A stretch of DNA of 64,000 nt, taken from positions 82,212,001 to 82,276,000 of the forward strand of contig OX597826.1 in NCBI GenBank assembly GCA_951406725.2, read 5' to 3'. Within the stretch, counting starts at the first letter, position 1. Every line of letters begins with the position of its first letter. Shown piece after piece: positions 11,878 through 25,929 of the stretch. The translations under genes were made by a program, and so were the position numbers. The notes beneath the pieces are model-generated. The model was not told where the DNA came from. It made no database searches and saw only the letters and a list, made by a program, of their open reading frames with translations. Origin of the DNA: Octopus vulgaris (taxonomy: Eukaryota).

Positions 11878-14314
11878 GTATTTTAATCCTACATATAATC
11901 CTCTTCGAACCTAAACGGATATATTCGCAATATAAAAATTATTTATAATCAAAATATTTTGAGTTTAATATTAATTTGAAACTATATTGAAAAATTTACC
12001 TTGAATTTATGAACCAAACAGTTTGAAATGGCAACACGCCGCTGCAATGATTGTTTAAGCAATTTGTTGAGAACATTTGATGTAATTAGTGGCCGTGTAG
12101 CCGTTATTATTTGATGTCATCTATAATAAATGAACAGTAGGGCAACGTATTTGAATGGGAAGTAAAACTCATGCAATTTCACATTATTTGCGCTTTTCAA
12201 TTTTTACTTTCCTTTTATGAACTGCCACAGTAAATTACTGTATCTCACTCTTTCATTTCATTGTGACTACATTTCTTTTTTCAAGATTGTCTGTTTATAA
12301 TACATTATGAATCAATGTAATTAAGAGTGCGGCAGAGAATATTTCATTTAATTCGTTTATAAATTTTACTGATTAGTTCACAATATCAGTGGTATCAATT
12401 TTCACATTAAATAGAAAATTAGAGGATTGTGGCCGGAAATTTTTAAGTAACTCAAAAGACAATAATTAGATTAACTCGAATTGAAGTGTAGCATCATGGT
12501 GTCCGGAAATGTAATCTGTTTCTGGGCTGGACACGAACCGAACTGAATTTTATACAGGATCGCTCTAAATACAAGAAACGCCATCCTTTCTCTCACAATT
12601 CACTCTTTACAATTTGAAAATAGCAGGATCATACTATGATATAATCCTAAAACAGTTATGCATGAAAATGAATAAGACAGACCGGTTCTAGATGAAATCA
12701 TATGCCACACAGTTTACGAAGTTACGTTGCTTATCACCGCCATTAATTTACACGTGATCTAATTGCCATATCGTATGTATTTCTTTCTAAACTGTTCTGT
12801 GCATCACGTAGTATTAGCAGAATCGCAAGATTGTAGGAGAAAAAGACATTCAGTATCTAGTTTTAAGGTCTCTTAAAATCGAAGTTCAGTTTCGGCTGGG
12901 ACTAAATTTCACCATTCATCCATCTCGGTAGATCGATAAATCAAAGTCAAACAGCAGGTCGATTTATATTAGATTTTTTTAAAAGAGAACTTTTGACAGA
13001 GACTAACAAACGAACCACCAAATTATTCTCCACGCTTAGCTTTGAAAGATATGATAGAAGCATAACTCGGCGTTCGATACCAATCAGAGTATGAAGCGCA
13101 TCCAACAAAGTGCCAAATGCTAGTTGACAGACAGAAAGTATGCCATGTGATAAACATATAATTAACATGATTAACATAATAATTAAAACTAGCTTAAAGT
13201 GATCCGCTCTACGCGCGGGTGAGGGTGTGGTTATTACTTTCTGTTTCTTATCGCCACATTCTTCCTCTTTGTTTCTCTCTCCTTTCTCTCTCACTTTCCC
13301 ACTCTCTTACTCTCGGACTCTCCCTCTCTTTCTCTTACACTCTATCATTCTCTCTCCCATTTATAAAAAACAAAAAGATCTCGAGTAAGTTGAGAAAGAA
13401 AATATTTTGAAAGATCAATCATAAATATCAGGCAGTGACAACGGAAGGACACTTGCCTTTTGTACGTGCCACTATTGGAGCGATTAAAAATAAGGAAAAA
13501 AAGGATTTCTTTGTTAAATTTAGTACTTATTTTGGGAATTTTTCGACGATTGACCATACAAATGAAATCTCTAAACACGGGCTACAGGCAGCTGTAAATT
13601 TCTTTCAGAAAAAATGAAAACTGTAAGCAATAAAAATTAAAAGGCAAAAATACGTAAAAATGAGACACTGTTTTCAACTTCAAAAATTTTGCCTTAATTT
13701 TCAAAATTTGGAACCCATTTTCCGCACTTAAATTACAAATCCGCTTCCACTTTACCATGTTGAAAATTTCATTGAAATCGGGCCAAAGGTATCCAATCTA
13801 GACCCCAAAGTGTCCTCAAAAATCAATAAAATTCCCGTTTTCACACCAAAGCAACCAATGTAGTGCCCCAAAACGTCTCCCAATCAATTTCTCACCTCAA
13901 GTTATCCCCTCCTGTTAATTTCAATCCCCTTCCAGCCCCATTTAGACCCCTTTTTACATAAAAATCTAATTTGCATCAACGTTCACCTTCTTCATTTTAT
14001 AGATTAGATTAGATGCCAATAGCGCCAATCTCGAAGGGCTTAGAGCCCCCTTGAATCGATAAAAAATCACTCTTCTCACCATAGCAACCGCATCTTTTAA
14101 CCTACTCAACTCTCTGCCTCATCACGCCTTCTATGCCTGTTGAGAATCGTAAACTATCTGATGAAGTTAGTTCAGAAAGTCACATAAAATTTGACTAATG
14201 AGTCTATAATTTTGTGTAGTAAATTTGCAATTAACAAGGTACCAACGATAGGGATGATTTCAGAAAGAGGCGAACGGAAATAGATCTAACGGATGATGAC
14301 ACTTTTCTTACAGA

Positions 14315-14348
14315 TTATATATATATATATAACAAGTGAGGTTGTATA

Positions 14349-14391
<43 letters not shown>

Positions 14392-14585
14392 ATATATATT
14401 GAAGATGAGTTAGTGATTGAGAGGAAATTATTCGCTTGTGCTTAAGGAAGGAATATATGATTTGCCTCCTAGGAGAATATGAGTAAGATGTCCAGTTTAG
14501 AATTATATAGATACATAATACATACATACATACATACATACATACATACATACGTACATACATACATACATACATACATGCATAC

Positions 14586-14671
<86 letters not shown>

Positions 14672-14696
14672 CAGAGAGAGAGAGAGAGAGAGAGAA
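14315..14696. repeat. Compound microsatellites (TA)n, (CATA)n, (GA)n
   Basis: Directly visible. Confidence 0.9.
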
Positions 14697-15578
14697 ATAA
14701 TTTTATAAGAAACTAGTTTGAGCAGTTCTTTGTTATAGAAAAGCTGTGCGCAACATTACTCCTGGTTCGTAGTGCTTTACTCTGTTGTTGTCTGCTAGTA
14801 GTAAGTAAATATGCTTGTTTATTCAACGAATTCATTTATACCAATTTATTGCACTAACGATAAACAGTATTTATCTCATAAACAGATAAATATAAGTAAC
14901 ATTCTAGTGATAAACATAACAAAATGTTTGAAGATTACCGAATAATGCCGACGCCAGATGAGCATTGCGCTAATAGCTCTATTAGCTCTGGATATGCATA
15001 TAACACTGAAGAGCACACACACACATATACTAACATACATGTATACTTACCCTCACACACAGCAATTGATACACATACAGACGCACAGACATATATTGTG
15101 TGTTTGCAGTAATAGTATGTTTCTGTCACAGGAATTCTGTTATAGTTTAAGAGTAAACAGGTGTATTATATAAGAGTCAATGACGGTGCTGGTTGAAGTG
15201 TTTCTTGCTAATAATCGAGATTTTTGGTAGATAAGTGCGGTTTTGGCTTCTTTTAAGAAGGTAACGTTTATAGGTTATACAACTTCGATTTGTCTCTCTG
15301 TATATGTCAGAAAAGGTCAAAATTACTGTTGATGTTAGTCGCGTTTTTGTGAGAAATATTAAACCGTGTGTTTTTAAATTGCTTAGATTGAATGGATTAG
15401 GTTGCGATAAGACATTTATTGAGTTTTCTATTTGTAAAATGCTTCTTTAGAATTACATAAACATAGGCAATGCATGTATAAACCTGCATATCAGTAGTTG
15501 TATACACAGATTAATCCACAGAGATGATTCATTTTCCCCCGAGATATGTATTTACATGGAGATATAAACATAGGTATG

Positions 15579-15623
<45 letters not shown>

Positions 15624-15884
15624 ATAAGTGCGTATACATGTATATGTGTAAATGTGGGTGCGAGCTTGCGTGGGGGTATATATATATCCATCTGTACATA
15701 TATTTGCATACTACCCAAACATTCATACCTGCTCAGCCACTAGTAGGCTTGTATGTATATATGCACACATATAAAGAGGTATACGCATACACACTCAGCT
15801 ACACACAGGTAGGCCAGGCTGTGAGAGTAAGAACCTCGTTTCGAAGCCTCATGGTTTCAGGCACAGCACCTGCGAAAACTATTT

Positions 15885-16659
15885 CTCCAGTACTGTTATG
15901 ACCTCATCTACAGAACTCATATTTCTTTCGTCTAAATGACTTTGAAGACTGTGGAATAAATGATAATCAGATGGGGCAATGTCCGGTGAATATGTTGGGT
16001 GGGTCATCATTTCCCGTTCAAACTGCTCCAGCCTTTGGAATGTCATCCTCGCAGTATGTAGCCGAGCATTATCCTGATGAAAGATCTTTAATCTTGAAAC
16101 CAAAGATTCTCATTTTTCTTCTAGTGCTGACTAAAGCTACTCAAGCTGCTCACAGTAGATCTCCTTTGTTATCATTTGGTTTGGGTTTAAAAGTTCAAAG
16201 TGGACTAAACCTTTCATATCCCACCAAAGAGAAAACAACACCTTACGTGATTGAAGACCTTCTGCAGCCTGAGGTGCCGTGTTTCTTCTTTCCCTACCCA
16301 CAGTAGGGACCACCTTTGACACTGGCTTACGCTTATTGTCCGATCCCCATATACTGCATTAACTTTCCTCGCACTTTCCGTTGCGTTGTTGCCGTCATTG
16401 AAGTGAGAAAGTCAATGCGTCGTTGCCTTTATTGAACTCATAAAGCAAATACCGAATAGGCTCCTTTGTCATTTCCCTAATAGCTTTGAAAAAATAACTG
16501 TTAAAAATTGAACCTCATTCTACAAAACGTGTACTAAGAATAAGGAAAAAATTATCACCTGCTTTTATAGCAAAGCGATGCAGGTAGTTTATCCCCATCC
16601 GAATTTAGCTCATGCAATTGAAAAAAAAAACCCCGCATTATTTATGGGATGACCCGGTA
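15885..16659 (-). mobile_element. Mariner-type transposon relic, internally deleted
   Basis: KVLFSLWWDMKGLVHFELL, HQDNARLHTA, HPTYSPDIAPSDYHLFHSLQSHL; one TIR-like end ta-ccgggtcatcccataaataatgcgg at ~16633-16659. Confidence 0.9.
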
Positions 16660-16868
16660 ATTAGGTGTATCAACTTTCAGGTAATGGATTTTTTAAACGC
16701 CCAGAAAAGAAGGTAAGTAGTAGGTAAGTTTGTGTGTGGGCAGGTGCTATTTATGGTTACTCACCTGTTTGTATTGGGAAAGTTTGTCTTGGTGTTATTT
16801 GTACGGTAAATTTGTGAATTATATGTTTTAATTTCCACAAGGAATCTCAATTATCCAAGGAAAGTAAA

Positions 16869-17114
16869 AATAAAAGTAAAAATAAAAAATATTTGTAGGG
16901 TGTTATAGTTGCAGTTGCATTATCCAAGGAAAGTGGTGGGTAGAAATGGTAGAAATGCTTCTTGTCTGTGATATGTAAATTCCGATAGGAGTTCATATTT
17001 TGTTATGGCATACCTCGGACAAGAAGCCTTTCTACCCATTCTACACACCACTTTCCTTGGATAATGGAACCGCAACTATAACACCCTACAAATATTTTTA
17101 TTTTTACTTTTATT
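16869..17114. repeat. Imperfect inverted repeat (~106 bp arms, 33 nt spacer), probably Penelope-derived
   Basis: Arms 16869-16975 and 17009-17114 are reverse complements with scattered mismatches. Confidence 0.85.
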
Positions 17115-17207
17115 CACTTATTTCCCTTTATACTTCTTATGTCCATCTTTTTCCAAAATAACTCCTCATATTGAACTCTACTGTTTCCCCCTATTTCGCC
17201 ATCTCAC

Positions 17208-17262
17208 GTCGCCTCTGGTGAAATGGGTATTCCTAATATCCCAGAAACAGCTGTAAGACTAC
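17208..17262 (+). ncRNA. Degenerate minimal type I hammerhead ribozyme motif
   Basis: CTGGTGA core (position 6 is G instead of A), stem II tgggtatt/aatatccca, GAAA, palindromic stem III ACAGCTGT, GTA triplet; stem I is imperfect. Confidence 0.5.
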
Positions 17263-17329
17263 CTTTCTCTTTATAACTGTCCTAGAAATTTCACTCTACC
17301 TTGGCTTTATTGCCTCATTCTGTTAATTT

Positions 17330-17348
17330 ACATATGCATATGTATATC

Positions 17349-17385
<37 letters not shown>

Positions 17386-17474
17386 GCATATATACATATA
17401 CATATATATACACACAGAGGTATATGCATATATATATATATATATATATACATATATATACACACAGAGGTATA

Positions 17475-17510
<36 letters not shown>

Positions 17511-17720
17511 CGTGCATAGACACATGTATGTGCTTTTATGCACACACATCTATATGCACACATACATATGTGTGTATGTACGCGCGTGTATATGCATGTG
17601 CATCTATATGCTTATATTTGTAATCTATATATATGCTCTTTCATATATGGGTGCCAATGTTTGTTTCACGTGTGTGCGCGCGCGTGCGTTGTGTGTGTAT
17701 GCGTGCGTGCGTGTGTGAAG
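17330..17720. repeat. TA/CA/TG low-complexity tract with a short internal duplication
   Basis: Directly visible; 'cacacagaggtatatgca' occurs twice. Confidence 0.9.
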
Positions 17721-18581
17721 ATACACCCTAGGTTTCTTTCTTTCTTTCTTTCTTTACTTATTACTAATTTCTTTACTAATTTATTTCTTTACTTATTGAA
17801 AGGCATTACGGGGAAGCTATTTGAAAAAGTACGACCTGTCCACGTGACATTGTTATGGTTTTCACACTCGATCCAAGAAACCACAGGAAATTGCAATTCT
17901 TCCTGGCTATATATATACAACCCAAAAATCTCTGACCTGAAGCTTGTTTGATTAGTGCCAATGCGTGAAAGTTACCGGCCTTGCATCACACTGATGTATC
18001 TATTAAATATTAATATGTCTGTGTGCGTGTGAGTGCGCGTGCGTGTGTATATTATGAGCGTACGTGCGTGTGTGTGTGCGTATACGTGTCTGTGCATGTG
18101 TTTGTATATATGAGTGTGTGCTTGTACATATGTATTTATCTTCAGAATATATTTAGTTTTTGTATCTATAGACATACATTTCCATATATGCATCTGTTGT
18201 TATGTCCGGTTAATTGCATTTGTATAACATTTCTCTGTTTTTTTCCGTCCTTGTTCTCGTATACATTCGCTGCTTTCTCCCAAGCAATCTAATGCTCTTA
18301 GCTTAGTTTTTCCTTGGGGCTGGCCAGATTGGACCACTCTCGAGTATAACCAGCCGAAATTGCAAAGATAATCTGGAACTCGACTGAGGATAGAAAACTC
18401 TGAATGACCCGTCCTTGTTTTCTTTGTATCATCTGTCTAGATGTCTTGTTGTCCTTTTTTTGTATCAGCTAACTGTCTGGATGTTTTGCGTTCTTCTCCC
18501 ATTTTTGTACTTTTTATATATAAAATATAGCGGTGTACGTACACTTTGGTCTCTTATATATATATATGCATACACACAGAC

Positions 18582-18613
<32 letters not shown>

Positions 18614-18704
18614 AAACCCTTTTTATCTGCACAGCTATCTCTATATGAATATGTTTAAGTACATGTACGGGTGAGAGTGAGAGAAGAGATAGATAGAGAG
18701 AGAG

Positions 18705-18752
<48 letters not shown>

Positions 18753-19973
18753 ATAAAATGGGGTTTTGAGCAGAGTGAAAATAAGAATATTTTTCAATGT
18801 TATGTCAATTAGAAGATTTCCATATTTCTCCGGTTAGAAAGCAATGGGAAGAAGAAGGGGGTGTTTGAGAAAGCATATCTTTTGTGTAAGAGAATACTTA
18901 TTAATTTCTGCATCTCACATTTCATCTATGCGAGACGAAGAACTTGAAGACGGTGGGGGTATATTAGAATGCATACGGCTGAGACTGCAGAATCGTTTTT
19001 CTATATAATGGAAAATCCTCAAGAATAAACACCAAACACCTCAAAGACATACAATGGAGGAAATAAGAAGAAAACATAAACGTAATAATATTATACATAA
19101 AAATAAAAAAAATTATGGCAACGTAATTTCACGAAGTCTATTTCAATGAAATCTAATTTAAATTATTTATGGTGACATGTGATAACAATCGCAGAAAGTT
19201 ATCTTTTTTTCTTCGATGGCTGTCAAATAATAAAATCATTTGCTTTTCGATTTTAAAAATTATTTTCCTTTTTTTTTGCTTTTAAAAACATTATATTCTG
19301 TATTTATTTCTCTCTGTATCGCTTTATTTGCGACTTTATCGTTCTCTCTGTCTGTTTCTGTCTAATACATACATAGAGACACATATATATTTATGTATAT
19401 GTGTATGCCTGTGTATGTACTATGTATATATGTATATATCTGATTATATGCAGAACAATGTACACATATGTATGTTTTTGTATATATGTGTGTTTGTGTG
19501 TACGTATATGCATGTATGTATATATGTATATATATACACGTATATACATACATATATATATATAAGTATATGCATAACAATGTCTACCTGTGTATATGTG
19601 TGTGTGAGTGTGTGTGTATATGTGTGTATACACAGTCACACACACATACATCTGCACACACATGTATATACGTAATGAGAGAAAGACAGTATTTTTAAAT
19701 AAAATTAATGTTTGTATGAATGTGTATATATATATATCTGTATCTCTGTATCTCTGTGTATATATGAATATATATATATGAATATGCGTATATATGAATA
19801 TATACATTGAATATATACATTGTATATGCATTGTCCGTTTAATTAAAAAATTCTATATGTGGCTGAAGATTGCTCGACATTTTAAAACTGATGTAATATT
19901 TACAGTGTTTAATAAAATGAAATAGCATGAAACAATTGTACTACACTACCTTGGATATCCTCGTTGCTTATTT

Positions 19974-20076
<103 letters not shown>

Positions 20077-21229
20077 ATCATGTAATCGCCAATATTTTTG
20101 CCAGAAACAATAAAAGTGGTTGTGAGCGTCAGTGTATTGTGCGCGATGGAATGTTTCGTGGTTGTTCGTTGCTGATTTGTTGCTGGTCAAAATGCTATTC
20201 CATCCATTATCGGGACGTTAACTGAATCTACCATTCATGGACTGAACCCGTTATAATGAACTGAATCTTCCACCACTTCATAAAAACATTGCGGTGTGTA
20301 TTACAATTTATTGCTTTTGTTGTTATGACCAAAGCCCAGTGAGTTGGTGATTTCTTTATGTTTTTAGACGTGGTTTTGATAATTTTGATATGCTGCGTTG
20401 TTTCTTACTTGACCGGAGCAAAAGGGCACTGACCAATCGGTTTTGTTACTCTCTCCTCCGGGCCGAAATTCTGAGCGTAAATCTGTTTCGAAACTGAGAA
20501 AATATTTTCGGAATCGAGAAGTTGCGAGATTTTGAATGTAAAACATGTTTCACAGTGATCTCCTGCCACCGGATCGTGCTGGCAGAGAATTAACAAAAAA
20601 CCAGTAACAGCAACGTCAGTGGAGACAACAATATTTACAACAACAGCAACAATTACTGAAATCAATAAGAGTAACAAAATTCAACAATAGCAGAATGAAG
20701 AACTATGAAATATCAACCAAAGGTGCGCGTAAAATTACCACAAACAGTAGTAGCAACAACACGACGGTGGCGACGGCGGCGACGGCGACGACTAATACCA
20801 CCAAGACCAGCAGCAGCAGCAGCAGCAGCACCACCACCAACAACAACAACAATAGCAAAAACGATGCTTCAATGAGAAACAGTATTAGCAATGACAACGA
20901 TCACATAAACAGCAAACAATGATCTCAGCAACAGCAGCAGTCAAAACAGCCGAATCAATAACCGCGTTCGATCTCATCTCATTAGACAATAAGCAAGGAT
21001 TTTTATAAGGGGCGGAGAAACACATCATCAGCCTAGAAAAGAGACACAGCTCCACTCCATATATCTCAAAACCTTTTACACCAAACAGAATGAAAAACAA
21101 TTTTTTATAGGTGCTTTTACAGCCACCCCTTAACCAACCTCAGAACAAGCTGAACCTTGCTAAAAATTACTGTCCAGATATTATTTTCCACTCGGAAACC
21201 TCAACCGAGATGCGTGGGGTCGTGCCACA

Positions 21230-21565
21230 AAGACCTGAACACCTCCCCCCCCCGTTTTCTATTTATCTGGAACAGAGAGTAATCAGAATAAATATTTAAA
21301 ACATACCACGAGAACTCCAAGTGGATACTGAAATTTGCAGATTTGGAAGACCCTTGCTCACTGCTTGAAGATAGTTTCGTAAAGCTAATTGGTTGCAGTG
21401 GAGCCTTAGATCATGATTGATGTGAAACCTGAGTTACTTGACAAGATCCCAAACCCCTCCTGAGATCTCAGTAGGATAGCAAATGCAGATTGTAGTGGAA
21501 TGTAGAACATATTGATGCAACAACTACAGATACACTAATCACCTCCTGAATTGCTGCCACCTGCA
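21230..21565 (+). mobile_element. Decayed Tx1/L1 ORF1 relic
   Basis: IYLEQRVIRINI*NIPRELQVD and KIPNP..MQIVVECRTY*CNNYRYTNHLLNCC parallel the ORF1 at 4760-5040; set in CAA-rich sequence as that element is. Confidence 0.55.
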
Positions 21566-22030
21566 ACAACAACAAAGTGACAAATGGAAGAATTCCACTG
21601 CCACTTACATCACAGTTTTAGCGCCAAAAACAACAAATTCAACCACAAAACCAAAATTTAAAGTATTTCTATAATAACAACATGCAACCGCCGCAACAGT
21701 GATTGCAAAACGGCCAGAAGAACAAGAGCAGGCAACGGCAAAAAAGTGGCAAAACACAACAAAACAACACAACAAAACAATAAAAGAAAATCCTCCGATG
21801 TGAACCAACGCATCACCAAATACAGCAACAGAAAGCCCTTAAACAATAAGAAAAATCGAAAATGACAATGATCCCTAAAATATGCAGTTCCCCGATTGCG
21901 ACTTCTCAGATATAACATATAACAAATGTGACGGTGAGGCAACAAAATGAAAAGGTAAACGAACAAAAACTAACAGACAAGAATAAATGGCTGAAATAAT
22001 TTTGATGAAACAGGCTCCATCAAAACGCTC

Positions 22031-22076
<46 letters not shown>

Positions 22077-22329
22077 TAATATGAATACCATCTTTATCAT
22101 TATCTCCAACAACAAGCACAAGAATAAAAGGATTAACGCATACATCAGTCATATCTCACAACATGGACAAAAAGTAGAAAAAAGAAAACGTTAACTCTAC
22201 GGTTATAGACAAGCAATAAAATACTAATGGATCACATGGCTGTATTACAGTGAACAGCTACGTTATATAAACTTATAATAACGGATATCGTCTAAGTGTC
22301 GCGGCAAACCTGCACATCCTCAGAAAAAC

Positions 22330-23230
22330 ACACGAGATGTCTTAGCTTCAGCGAATGTCTGCTCATCATTAACGACTGTTTGCCTATTTTCCCACTCAAC
22401 CCGTGTTGGCTTCAATAGGAGTACTTGACCTGTAGAGCACGTCGTTTGACAGTAAGTTGAAGGGAAAGGCGCTACAGTCCGGTTAGATATGAACAAGGCC
22501 AAGTAAATCGATTTGGTGGTAATATTCAGAGGAGGCACTTCAAATATTCGTTATTTCTGCCTGAATTTCCAAGGAATACTTTGTTCAACAACATGCTCCA
22601 ACTTATTTGCCAACATCTTACTCAATCTCAAGCTTGCTTAGCCACAGTGCTTAATAAATATGCGTCGAGGAACACGGTCAGTTGAAGTTCTCGATGAAAG
22701 CCTAGGCATCGACGACGATGAACTAGTCTGTTTTCGGAGACTTCCAGGTCCGATACTACCATGGATAACTTCCAGTAATCCCTGGCCTACCATTACAACT
22801 AAGGACCACCAACAGTTCGAGATAAACGCTACAAACACGGAAGCCCTGTCAAATGGGACTGTCCGAGATGCGTGTAGAGCGGCAAAACCATTCTTGTGCA
22901 GTGTCCGAGATTGCTGAATTGTGCTATCATGTGGAACAGTTGCTCTCGTGTGTGGTACGAATCCGACAATAGTCTGATTCCATCGTGTGGATCGAACCTT
23001 CACGCACCTTTAACAAGGCAGAGCAGGAGGAGCTCCTTTGTCCAGTGATTATGGCAAAAGAGGTAGTGCAGAGGGTTGAGGGAAGGCTCCTTCCTCTTCG
23101 GTGAAGTTCTCACTGACTTTAAAGTTCCACTTGGGAAAGGAAGTGAGTGGCGTGTAGGAAGTGTTACCTTCCGATATATTTGTGAAAAGATGGGCGACTG
23201 TAGGGAAATGGTTTGAGTGAATGGCTTTAC
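22330..23230 (+). mobile_element. Tx1/L1-clade LINE ORF2 3' end (zf-RVT region)
   Basis: MDNFQ*SLAY..VRDKRYKHGSPVKWDCPRC..ILVQCP..VEQLLS..MAKEVV..FKFHL..EVLPSDIFVKRW. Confidence 0.75.
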
Positions 23231-23329
23231 TCCAAGTATTCACACCTGTACATTGGAGAACAATATTCGGAAGAGGACTCGTGCATTTGGCGGATCTGTA
23301 GGAGATTCCTTGGTTAGCTATAATTGGTT

Positions 23330-23660
23330 TTTCTCCTCTTTCAGGAGCCTGAATTGTTCATGTTATCCATACTTTGTAGACCATGTATACTTGTATCGTA
23401 TTTCACCGTATTTTACCATTTCTTCGTACCCACCTTTATACTCGTCTGCTTGCTGTTTTGACCACACTTATATTTTTACGGGGATTCTTTCTATCTTCAG
23501 GTTGCACATTCGGGTTATCTCTATTTCCAGATCTTTGTATTTAGATGGTTTCTCTATTTCTTTTAGAGAATATATTTATCTGTTTTAACAGATATGTCTA
23601 GTACAAAGCATTTTTTCCATGTTGGTCCACGGTAAGAATACTATCTCTTGTCATACTGTC
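23330..23660 (-). mobile_element. R4/Dong LINE 3' fragment
   Basis: Minus strand SLKEIEKPSKYKDLEIEITRMCNLKIERIPV. Confidence 0.7.
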
Positions 23661-24691
23661 AGCTCCTGTCATTCTGTTATGCGCGCCAAAATTAGTATTT
23701 TGCTGGCGCGCGATGATGGGCAGATTTGGTGCTTTTCGCGACAGAACAGTGCACGATTTTTATTCACTTTAAGGGCAACTTCATTTCTATTACACTGTTT
23801 AGCTTAGGAATAGCTAATGAATAATTCCCACCTTAAAAAAAAAAAAGCAAAAACAAAACAGTCAGGTGTTTTGATTAATATTGGGTTGTTCATTCTCAGA
23901 GATAAAGCCAGATTCATGTAAGTTAAAAGTGTTCTCTAATATTCTGTTGCTGAACTAGGTTTAAGAATACATTGATGAGAAACCTCTTCATTAATTCTGA
24001 TATCGCAGAGGAAAGAGCTATATCCCAGAATTATTTTCCTATACACTAACAGCGTACTTCTTTCTTCCACTTAAATTCCACGTACTTTTAATGCAAAACC
24101 AGGAAAGAGATAAATTCTTCGATAATCACATGAGTATTTGAACTCCAATCATTACACAAATGGAGAAAAACAAAATTGCACTAAATTTTTTTTTATACAT
24201 CAACATCACAGAGAAAGCTACTAAGTTGAAGCAGACGGTAGGCATTATAATTTCTGTTGCTCTGTCAAAGTGCCCTGACTTATATAACAGTGCGAAACAT
24301 CTATTTTCATAACTGAAATGTGATCCTCGATAGATTTCTGCTTGTAGATCTTGAACGGTGCTGTCGGTTACTCACTTATACCCCCGGCCTATATACAACA
24401 GAAGGTCATACTGCCTGACTAATATGTACTAAACTCAGGGATCTCCCCGCCCCACCACCAAAACCTGACTGTAACTGAAGTTTATTCTCTTTAAAAACTG
24501 TAACCCTGTTAAGTTGCAACATATTGTATCCATTAAAGCACATTTAGTAAAGTCGAAAGTCAGATAAGCTTTGAACAAATATACACCCAGAACCCCGCTA
24601 GTAGCTTAGGAGTGAAATTTAGGATTTCTCGGTTCTCTGTGAATCGATTTTGATAAAACGTTTCCCGGCTGGTTTGCACACTAGGATAACA

Positions 24692-24890
24692 CCATCTTCG
24701 GATGTCAACCCCGTTCATCATTAAACAAGATGTTTATGATGATGGACACCAATTTACGTCGAAAGATGGGCGACCATCAAAGCTTGCAGTAGAAGCAATC
24801 TAACCCGCTGCTATTAAGGAATTGACAGATTCCATGACTGATAGGGCTTTTGAAGTTATCTGTCGAAATGATGCTCATGTGGCTAAATAA
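24692..24890 (+). mobile_element. Tc1-type transposase C-terminal relic
   Basis: PSSDVNPV / IIKQDVYDDGHQFTSKD..IKELTDSMTDRAFEVICRNDAHVAK* matches the Tc1/Tc3 pattern SPDLNPIE..VY..G.QF.S..L.DSM..R.FEVI..NG. Confidence 0.65.
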
Positions 24891-25889
24891 TTCATTTTGT
24901 CAATAAATGTTATAATATTATTATGGTTTTCTGTTAAATATATACTCAATGTATGCTTAATATGTATCATTACCCTTCATTTTCTGGGGGAAAAATGTCA
25001 AGATGTGCTATTTTCATTCAAAAGCTATTAGCATGGTTCACCAAGAAAGTGAAGAATCTGAAATAAAAACGAAAGGACGTTACACAGAATAAAGAAAACA
25101 TAACAATGGTGTGATCATGGTGTGCAAACCAACTGGGAAAAGCTTATCAAAACCAATTCAGAGAAAACCGAGAGATCCTAAATTTCTTTCCTAAGTTATT
25201 AGCGTAGTTCTGGGTGTTGAAATCTTCAGTTTTTAATAAATGAGGTTTTGTTTGTTACTAGAATTTTCTTACCAGCGATTCAGCATAAGAATTATTATAA
25301 ACATTTCTAAAACAATCTTCAAAACTAAGTTGATATTTCGAAATGCATCAATTGCAGAATCTTATCCATATTTCCTGTTTTTCTAATTAGAAATTATGTG
25401 CATGAATGAAAACTATTCAAAAAATCTAATTTTCCTTAGTTTATTCGCTGAAAAATACAAAACAAAGGCGATTTTGGTTTGCCAATATAAAGTATCCTGT
25501 AAGTGTTGAGAAGTAGATATATCTTATTATATAAGAATCTCCTAAACAGAATCAGTTTTCATGTAAGAATCTAATGTTAAAGTCAACGAAGCAATTCAAA
25601 AATCAACTTGGTAATTATTGGGAAGACAATAAATTTCTACGTATAGCATTGAAATTGTCGATAGAAGCCACTCACGCAGCCAGTGATTTGTGAGAATTAA
25701 CCGTTATTTAGCTGAATTATCGATGTTGCCTAAGTATTATGTAACCACAGGATTAAGACATCTTTGCCAAATGGCTGGCGTTCTCTTAGAAGCAAATATA
25801 TATTTAAATCTAACAATCCATAAATTAAACAAAGGATTAATTAATCCAAAACAGACATGACATAATGAGAAGGAAAATATAAAAATTAT

Positions 25890-25929
<40 letters not shown>

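Noticed and set aside
18383-18415. Hammerhead-like CTGAGGA..AGA-aaac-TCT..GAAT
   Set aside because: GAAA is missing and no stem I pairing can be drawn
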